From an uncultured Actinomycetota bacterium (GTDB lineage Bacteria; Actinomycetota; Actinomycetes; Propionibacteriales; Nocardioidaceae): a stretch of DNA of 64,000 bases. The stretch is from NCBI GenBank assembly GCA_963837995.1, contig CAWIPS010000010.1, positions 34,285-98,284 of the forward strand, in the 5' to 3' direction. Shown here piece by piece: positions 57,917-64,000 of this stretch (within the stretch, counting starts at the first letter, position 1; each line of letters opens with the position of its first letter). The position numbers and the translations under genes are program-made. The notes under the pieces are model-generated. The model was not told the DNA's origin, did not search any database, and was given only the letters and a program-made list of their open reading frames with translations.

Positions 57917-60325
57917 TCAGGCGGCCGCCGGGTGCGCCCCGGCGGCACCTGCCGTGTCGGACGCCTCGGTGGTGCCGGGCGCCTGCAGGGCCCCCGCCAC
58001 CACGTCCAGCACGTCCGCGACCAGGTGCACCTGCACGGCCTCCAGCACGTCGGCCGGCACGTCGTCCAGGTCCGGCTCGTTGCGCTGCGGCAGGAACACC
58101 TCGGTGAGCCCGGCGCGCTGGGCCGCCATCAGCTTCTGCTTCGCGCCGCCGATCGGCAGCACCCGGCCGTTCAGGGTCACCTCGCCGGTCATCCCGACCT
58201 CGGAGCGGACCGGGCGCCCGGTGGCCAGCGAGACGAGTGCCGTCACCATGGTCACCCCGGCCGAGGGACCGTCCTTGGGGACCGCACCGGCGGGGACGTG
58301 CACGTGGATGCTGCGGTCCAGCACCGCCGGGTCAACGCCCAGCCGGTCGGCGTGCGAGCGGACGAAGGACAGCGCGATCTGCGCGGACTCCTTCATCACG
58401 TCGCCGAGCTGTCCGGTGAGGGTCAGCCGCGGCTCGCCGTCGCTGGCCGGGTCGCTCGCGGCCTCGATGAACAGCACGTCACCGCCGAGACCGGTGACCG
58501 CGAGGCCGGTGGCGACGCCGGGGACCGACGTGCGCTCGTGCGCCTCGGGGGTGAAGCGCGGCCGGCCCAGGAACTCCTTGAGGTCCGGCTCGTCGATGAC
58601 GATCGAGCCCTCGTCCCCTGTGAGCCCGTGGCTGAGCCCGGTGAGCCCGGCGAGCCTGGTGGCCGCCTTGCGCAGCGCCTTGGCGATCAGCCGCTCCATC
58701 TGCCGCACACCCGCCTCGCGGGTGTAGTCGGCGGCGATCTCCCGCAGCGCGGCGTCGGTCAGCTGCACCTCCTCGGGGGTCAGCGCTGCCCGCTCCAGCT
58801 GGCGCGGGAGCAGGAAGTCGCGCGCGATGGCGACCTTGTCGTCCTCGGTGTAGCCGTCCAGGGTCACCAGCTCCATCCGGTCCAGCAGCGCGGACGGGAT
58901 CTGCTCGATGACGTTGGCGGTGGCGATGAACAGCACGTCGGAGAGGTCGAGGTCGAGCTCGAGGTAGTGGTCGCGGAACGTGTGGTTCTGCGCCGGGTCG
59001 AGCACCTCGAGCAGCGCGGCGGCCGGGTCGCCGCGGTAGTCCGCGCCGACCTTGTCCACCTCGTCGAGCAGCACGACCGGGTTCATCGAGCCGGCCTCCT
59101 TGATCGCCCGCACGATGCGGCCGGGGAGCGCGCCGACGTAGGTCCGCCGGTGGCCACGGATCTCGGCCTCGTCGCGGACGCCGCCGAGGGCGACGCGGAC
59201 GAACTTCCGACCGAGGGCTCGCGCGACGCTCTCGCCGAGGGAGGTCTTGCCGACCCCGGGAGGACCGGCGAGCAGGATCACGGCGCCGGAGCCGCGGCCG
59301 CCGATGACCTGCAGCCCGCGCTGGGCGCGCCGGGCGCGGACCGCGAGGTACTCCACGATCCGCTCCTTGACCTCGTCGAGGCCGTGGTGGTCGGCGTCGA
59401 GGACCTCGCGCGCCGCCTTCACGTCGTCGATGTCCTCGGTGGTGACGCTCCACGGCAGCTCCAGGACGGTGTCCAGCCAGGTGCGGATCCACGCGGTCTC
59501 GGGGCTCTGGTCGCTGGAGCGCTCGAGCTTGCCGACCTCGCGCAGCAGCGCCTCACGGACCGGGTCGGGCACGTCGGCGGCCTCGACGCGGGCGCGGTAG
59601 TCCTCCGAGCCCTCAGGCTCTCCCTCTCCTAATTCTTTCCGGATGGCGTTGAGCTGCTGGCGGAGCAGGAACTCGCGCTGGCTCTTCTCCATGCCCTCGC
59701 GGACGTCCTCGCCGATCTTGTCCGCGACGTCGACCTCGGCGAGGTGCTCGCGGGTCCAGCCGATGACGGTCTCGAGCCGCTTCTCGACGTCGGGGGTCTC
59801 GAGCAGCTCGCGCTTGCGCTCGATGGAGAGGTACGGCGCGTAGCCGGCCGCGTCGGCGATGGCGGACGGGTCGGTCATCTGGTGCACCGAGTCGATCAGC
59901 TGCCAGGCCTCCCGGCGCTGCAGCACGGCCACCACCAGGTGCTTGTAGTCCTCTGCCAGCTCACGGGCCCGCTCGGTGACGGTCCCGGGGTCGTAGGGGA
60001 CGGGCTCCACCTCGACCCAGAGCGCCGCACCGGGGCCGGAGACGCCGTTGCCGATCCGGCCGCGGTGCTCGGCCTTCAGCACGGCCGCGGCGCCGCCACC
60101 GCTGAACCGGCCGACGCGCTCGACGGTCGCCACCACGCCGTACGTCGGGTAGCGGTCCTCGGGTCCGCTGAACCGGGGCGCGACCAGCAGCCGGCCCTCG
60201 CTGCTGCTGCGCGCGGCGTCGATCGCGGCCCGGGCGGGCTCGTCGAGCTCGATGGGGACGACCATGCCGGGCAGCACGACGAGGTCGGAGACGAAGAGGA
60301 CGGGAAGGTTCGTGGTGGAAGGCAT
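57917..60325 (-). CDS. lon: ATP-dependent protease La
   Basis: [23 protein letters not shown] (catalytic Ser), PIGGAKQK. Confidence 0.98.
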   Translation of the reverse strand: MPSTTNLPVLFVSDLVVLPGMVVPIELDEPARAAIDAARSSSEGRLLVAPRFSGPEDRYPTYGVVATVERVGRFSGGGAAAVLKAEHRGRIGNGVSGPGAALWVEVEPVPYDPGTVTERARELAEDYKHLVVAVLQRREAWQLIDSVHQMTDPSAIADAAGYAPYLSIERKRELLETPDVEKRLETVIGWTREHLAEVDVADKIGEDVREGMEKSQREFLLRQQLNAIRKELGEGEPEGSEDYRARVEAADVPDPVREALLREVGKLERSSDQSPETAWIRTWLDTVLELPWSVTTEDIDDVKAAREVLDADHHGLDEVKERIVEYLAVRARRAQRGLQVIGGRGSGAVILLAGPPGVGKTSLGESVARALGRKFVRVALGGVRDEAEIRGHRRTYVGALPGRIVRAIKEAGSMNPVVLLDEVDKVGADYRGDPAAALLEVLDPAQNHTFRDHYLELDLDLSDVLFIATANVIEQIPSALLDRMELVTLDGYTEDDKVAIARDFLLPRQLERAALTPEEVQLTDAALREIAADYTREAGVRQMERLIAKALRKAATRLAGLTGLSHGLTGDEGSIVIDEPDLKEFLGRPRFTPEAHERTSVPGVATGLAVTGLGGDVLFIEAASDPASDGEPRLTLTGQLGDVMKESAQIALSFVRSHADRLGVDPAVLDRSIHVHVPAGAVPKDGPSAGVTMVTALVSLATGRPVRSEVGMTGEVTLNGRVLPIGGAKQKLMAAQRAGLTEVFLPQRNEPDLDDVPADVLEAVQVHLVADVLDVVAGALQAPGTTEASDTAGAAGAHPAAA

Positions 60326-60345
60326 GCGGTGCCCACCTTTCTGGA

Positions 60346-60366
60346 CGTGAGCGATACCGACTCAAC
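60346..60366. promoter_or_regulatory. HAIR-like HspR operator upstream of lon
   Basis: CGTGAGC-N7-ACTCAAC versus consensus CTTGAGT-N7-ACTCAAG, 21 bp upstream of the lon ATG; lon is an HspR target in Streptomyces. Confidence 0.7.
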
Positions 60367-60414
60367 CTGCCGTCTCGAACAGGTGTTCCGCTGTTCGTCC
60401 AGGGCGAACAGCGC

Positions 60415-60462
60415 CAGCCGGCCGGTCAGCCGGCCGGTCAGCCGGCCGGTCAACCGGCCGGG
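60415..60462. repeat. 12-bp tandem repeat (CAGCCGGCCGGT x4) straddling the LysR stop
   Basis: Units at 60415, 60427, 60439, 60451. Confidence 0.85.
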
Positions 60463-61340
60463 GCGGCGCCGAGCAGGCGGAGGACCAGGGCCAGGGGTGG
60501 CCAGTCCTCGCGGCCGCGCCGGGTGACGGCGTAGGACCGCAGCACCACGTCGGGGTCGCCGAGCGGACGCAGGGACACGCCCCGCACCGTGGGCTCACCG
60601 GCGGGGAGCAGCCCGACCCCGAGGCCGGCGACGATCAGGTCCTGGACCAGGTCCAGGCTGTCGGCGCGATGGGCGATGCGGGGCATGAAGCCGGCGAGCG
60701 AGGCGACGGTGCGGACGACGTCCTCGTCGGCGGTGTTGCGGGAGTTCACGATCCAGTCGTGGTCCCGGAACCGGTCGAAGACGGCCAGTGCGTCCCCCCG
60801 CACCCGGCCGGACCTCGCCGGCACGCCGAGGCTCCAGGCGGTGCTCCACAGCGGCACGGCGCGCACCGACGCGTCGAACGTCGCCGGAGCGAGGTTGTAG
60901 TCGTAGGTCAGCACCAGGTCGACGTCGTCGGCGACCAGCAGCGAGAGCGCCTCCGCCGGCTCGTGCTCGTGGACCAGCACCCGCACGTCGGGGTGGCTGT
61001 CCCTGACCCGGTGCACGACAGGCAGCAGGGAGCGGCGCACCGCCGTGGCGAAGGCCGCGACCCGCAGCGTCCCGGCCGGGGTGGCCAGCGGGTCCAGGTC
61101 GACGCGCGCCGCCTCGACGGCGGCCAGGATGGTCACGGCGTGCTCGGCGAGCCTCCTCCCGGCCGGTGTCAGCCGCACCCGGCGACCCTCCGGCTCCACC
61201 AGCGGCGTGCCGACCTCGCGGGCCAGGGCCGCGAGCTGCTGGGAGACCGTCGAGGTGGTCACGTGCAGGACCTCGGCCACCGCCCGCATCGAGCCCTGGC
61301 GCGAGAGCTCGAGCAGCAGCGCGAGGCGTCGAAGGTCCAT
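60450..61340 (-). CDS. LysR-family transcriptional regulator
   Basis: MDLRRL...SMRAVAEVLHVTTSTVSQQLAALAREVG...RRVRLTPAG, GTLRVAAF. Confidence 0.95.
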   Translation of the reverse strand: MDLRRLALLLELSRQGSMRAVAEVLHVTTSTVSQQLAALAREVGTPLVEPEGRRVRLTPAGRRLAEHAVTILAAVEAARVDLDPLATPAGTLRVAAFATAVRRSLLPVVHRVRDSHPDVRVLVHEHEPAEALSLLVADDVDLVLTYDYNLAPATFDASVRAVPLWSTAWSLGVPARSGRVRGDALAVFDRFRDHDWIVNSRNTADEDVVRTVASLAGFMPRIAHRADSLDLVQDLIVAGLGVGLLPAGEPTVRGVSLRPLGDPDVVLRSYAVTRRGREDWPPLALVLRLLGAAPAG

Positions 61341-61357
61341 GGCGACCATTGTTCACC

Positions 61358-61380
61358 ATCGTTCATGATTCCCGAACGAT
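61358..61380. promoter_or_regulatory. LysR-type operator (inverted repeat containing T-N11-A)
   Basis: ATCGTTC-N9-GAACGAT perfect inverted repeat in the divergent lysR/eamA intergenic region. Confidence 0.7.
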
Positions 61381-61434
61381 ATGGCCAGGAAGTTCACGTG
61401 GACATGAACGGCCCGTCCCGCGTCTACTGGGGCC

Positions 61435-62334
61435 ATGACCAGCGCACGCACCGGCACCGGCCTCGCCGTCACCTCGATGCTCTGTGTGCAGCTCGGTCTG
61501 GCCGCCTCCGTCGGCCTGTTCGACCGGGTCGGACCCGAGGGCGCGGCCTTCCTGCGGCTGGCCTGGGCGGGCGTCATCCTGCTTCTCGTGGTCCGGCCCC
61601 GCCTGCGCGACTACGACCGGAGCAGCCTGCTGGCCTGCGCGGCGCTGGGAGTGGTCACCGCCGGCCTGACCATGCTGTTCATGGCCGCGGTCGACCACCT
61701 GCCGCTGGGCACGGCGAGTGCCCTGGAGTTCCTGGGCCCGCTAGGCGTGGCGGTGACCCGCAGCCGGGGACGCCGGCTGCTGGTGTGGCCCCTGCTCGCG
61801 GCCGCCGGGGTGGTGCTCCTGACCGAGCCCTGGCAGGGCGGGGTGGACCTGGTGGGGGTCGGGTTCGCGCTCGGCGCAGCCGCCTGCTGGGCGGCCTACA
61901 TCCTGCTCACCCAGCACGTGGGCGACGAGCTGACCGGTCTGCGGGGGCTGGCCGTGTCCCTGCCGGTGGCCGGGCTGGTGGCCACCTGCGTGGCCGGCCC
62001 AGCCACCTTCGGCCGCCTCGACCTCCAGGTGCTGCTGCTCGGCGTCGGGCTGGCGGTCCTGCTTCCCGTCGTGCCGTTCAGCCTGGAGCTGCTGGCCCTG
62101 CGCCGGCTCACGACCGCCGCGTTCGGCACGCTGATGAGCCTCGAGCCGGCCATCGCCCTGGTGATCGGCTTCCTGGTGCTCGGTCAGGTCCCCGGGCTGT
62201 GGCCGGTGGCCGGCGTCGCCTTCGTGGTCGCCGCCGGGGTGGGGGCCGAGCGCACCGGCGCCCGGGTGCACCAGCCCGACGCCGTACGACGTGCCGAGCC
62301 GGAACCGCGGACCCGCGGCGCGCTCACCCCGTGA
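61435..62334 (+). CDS. EamA/RhtA-like exporter
   Basis: [38 protein letters not shown]...[12 protein letters not shown]. Confidence 0.92.
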   Translation: MTSARTGTGLAVTSMLCVQLGLAASVGLFDRVGPEGAAFLRLAWAGVILLLVVRPRLRDYDRSSLLACAALGVVTAGLTMLFMAAVDHLPLGTASALEFLGPLGVAVTRSRGRRLLVWPLLAAAGVVLLTEPWQGGVDLVGVGFALGAAACWAAYILLTQHVGDELTGLRGLAVSLPVAGLVATCVAGPATFGRLDLQVLLLGVGLAVLLPVVPFSLELLALRRLTTAAFGTLMSLEPAIALVIGFLVLGQVPGLWPVAGVAFVVAAGVGAERTGARVHQPDAVRRAEPEPRTRGALTP

Positions 62335-62353
62335 CCCGCGGAGCGGCGGGTGC

Positions 62354-62950
62354 TCAGCCGACCGGTCGGCGCTGCTGAGGGATGTCGAGGTCACCCTTGC
62401 GGAGCCGGAACACCTGCAGGCGCAGGTGGTAGTACTTGTCGGTCTCCCCGACCCACTCCATCCCGACGCGCCGTGCGGTGGCTGCTCCCCGGCCGTTCTG
62501 CTCACGCACGACCGCGAAGACCTCCTCGACACCCGAGGTGAACGCATGGTGCGCGACCGCGTGCCCGGCCTCGGCGGCGATCCCCTGCCCCCAGAACTGC
62601 GGGGCCAGCTGCCAGCCGACCTCGAGGTCCTCGCCGTCGGGAGGCAGGGGAAGCACCGCGACCCCGCCGACGAGCTCACCGGAGTCCGCGAGCTCGACGG
62701 CCCACCGGCCCTCCGGAGAGGTCAGCTGCTGGTTGGACCAGCCTTCGAGCAGCTCGCGCATGGCCGTGGCGTCCGGGACGCGGTCCATGGCGGGACTCAG
62801 CCAGCGGGCGACGTCCTGCTCCCCGTAGATCCTCAGCGCCCACTCGGCGTCGTCGACCGACCACGGCCGCAGCCTCAGCCGCGGGGTCCGGATGACGGCT
62901 CCCTCGTCGGTGCGCTCGACTGTCACCGTGTGCGCGCCCTCAGACGACAT
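62354..62950 (-). CDS. RimJ/RimL-type GNAT acetyltransferase
   Basis: IRTPRLRLRPW, LEVGWQLAPQFWGQGIAAEA, NGRGAATARRVGM; probable start ATG 62950. Confidence 0.88.
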   Translation of the reverse strand: MSSEGAHTVTVERTDEGAVIRTPRLRLRPWSVDDAEWALRIYGEQDVARWLSPAMDRVPDATAMRELLEGWSNQQLTSPEGRWAVELADSGELVGGVAVLPLPPDGEDLEVGWQLAPQFWGQGIAAEAGHAVAHHAFTSGVEEVFAVVREQNGRGAATARRVGMEWVGETDKYYHLRLQVFRLRKGDLDIPQQRRPVG

Positions 62951-63318
62951 CGTGCACCGCGATCGCGTCGATCCGGTCTGCGTAGAACGCCACGTGGTCC
63001 GTGATCGCGGCAACCGCCTTGTGCGGCGCGAGATAGGTCCAGACCGCGTCCGGATCACCTCGTCGCCGACCTTGACGTGGTAGTAGGTGGCCTTCCCCTT
63101 GAACGGGCACCACGTCGTGTGGCTGCTCGGCTGGAGGACGTCCGGGGCGACGCCGTCGAGCGGGACGTACTGGACGGGGGGATGGCTCGCCTCCCGGAGC
63201 GTCAGCGCATGACGGGTCGCGACCGCGGCCGCCCTGCTCGACGGTGACGCGGGAACGGCTCTGGTCGATGCTCGATCGGGTGGCCCGGCCCGGGAACGAG
63301 GACCTTCATGTCCTTCAT
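62940..63318 (-). CDS. DUF427 family protein, frameshifted
   Basis: Pieces PGPGHPI / ALTLREASHPPVQYVP...TWCPFKGKATYY / AVWTY...ITDHVAFYADRIDAI lie in different frames; about 3 indels. Confidence 0.75.
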
Positions 63319-63394
63319 GCGAGATCCAACGCACCGGCCCGGACAAGGATTCCGCCGCGGGCCGGATCGGCTCACCACCGCCGGGACACCTATC

Positions 63395-64000
63395 TCAGTG
63401 CAGCCCCCCGGCCGGCCCCCAGGGCAGCCGCAGCCTCTGCCTCGGGGCCGCCGAGGGCGCCTTCGGGTCGGGCTGCGGGACCGGCGGACACCTCAGGTCC
63501 GAGCGGTTCCCGGCCCGGCGCGTCGGCACCGTGCCGTCGCTCAGGTAGCGGCCGATGGCGTCGTCGGTGCACGCGACCCCGCTCAGCGAGCCGGAGTGCG
63601 TCGTACCCCTCACCCCCTCGATCAGGGAGGCGGTCGGGAACCGGCGACGGACCTCCAGGGCGCCGGGGTACGGCGTCGCCGGGTCCAGGGTCTCGTTGAC
63701 GAGCAGGATGCTGGCGTGCACGCGGGCTCCCGTGACGTGCACCGCCCGGCCGGGCCTCGCCGGCCAGAACGAGCAGGGACCGTTGAACCAGGCGTTGTTC
63801 CAGGTCAGGAACGGAGCCACCCGGTGCAGCCGCCAGTCGTCGCGGCGGATCCTCCTCCAGCTCCTGGGCCACCGGGTGTCCGAGCACTGCGTCGCGAGGT
63901 ACATCGCGTAGCCGTTGTCGCCGCCGGCCGTGGTCGGGTTGGCCTCCCGGTAGCGCCTCTTGATGCCCTGGTACCTCCCCCGGTGGACGAGCGCCGCGTA
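63395..64000 (-). CDS. TAP-like alpha/beta hydrolase (secreted peptidase), C-terminal part
   Basis: YLATQCSDTRWP, WFNGPCSFWP, LLVNETLDPATPY, THSGSLSGVACTD; open from the window edge. Confidence 0.85.
   Translation of the reverse strand, partial: YAALVHRGRYQGIKRRYREANPTTAGGDNGYAMYLATQCSDTRWPRSWRRIRRDDWRLHRVAPFLTWNNAWFNGPCSFWPARPGRAVHVTGARVHASILLVNETLDPATPYPGALEVRRRFPTASLIEGVRGTTHSGSLSGVACTDDAIGRYLSDGTVPTRRAGNRSDLRCPPVPQPDPKAPSAAPRQRLRLPWGPAGGLH

Noticed and set aside
57890-59632. 580-aa plus-strand ORF antisense to lon (likewise 34921-37116, 50900-52819, 22173-24206 and many other long ORFs in the track)
   Set aside because: In-register shadow ORFs expected in ~73% GC DNA; no motifs. The lon one ends only because of the TTA codon.
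62354-63346. Apparent DUF427-GNAT fusion (330-aa ORF)
   Set aside because: Produced by an indel near 63050. The restored DUF427 frame has its own C-terminus and stop at 62940, and the GNAT has its own ATG at 62950.

Overview
High-GC actinobacterial chromosome segment (Nocardioides/Marmoricola-like by gene content and order; this is inference). The right half is a conserved core region, read right to left on the minus strand: dacB, DUF2342 protein, tilS, hpt, ftsH, folE, folP, NTF2 protein, folB, folK, DUF3180. It also holds ppa, an NlpC/P60 hydrolase, a PAP2 protein, a TPP-riboswitch-controlled thiBPQ transporter, glpFKD, lon with a HAIR-like box, and LysR/EamA/GNAT genes. The left ~28 kb is a cell-surface glycopolymer locus with three TagF-like CDP-glycerol phosphotransferases, several multi-domain glycosyltransferases, two sulfotransferase-fold proteins, a secreted GH16 and a stand-alone NuoD-like gene translationally coupled to a GT gene. 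A lower-GC island (~960-7540) encodes an APS-kinase-like/SAM-methyltransferase fusion, a sulfotransferase with a coiled-coil tail, a free coiled-coil protein and a three-domain GT. This island is the best candidate for an undescribed glycan capping/chain-termination system. Other notable items: an EamA/TetR pair fused by a deletion at a 12-bp palindrome, an A/T-ending codon patch with TTA inside lon, a dispersed REP-like repeat, and several 12-bp tandem repeats. Single-base indels occur even in folP and dacB, so many frameshifts are probably consensus errors. No tRNA, rRNA, CRISPR, integrase or transposase was recognised. All family assignments come from motif recognition by eye, not database searches.
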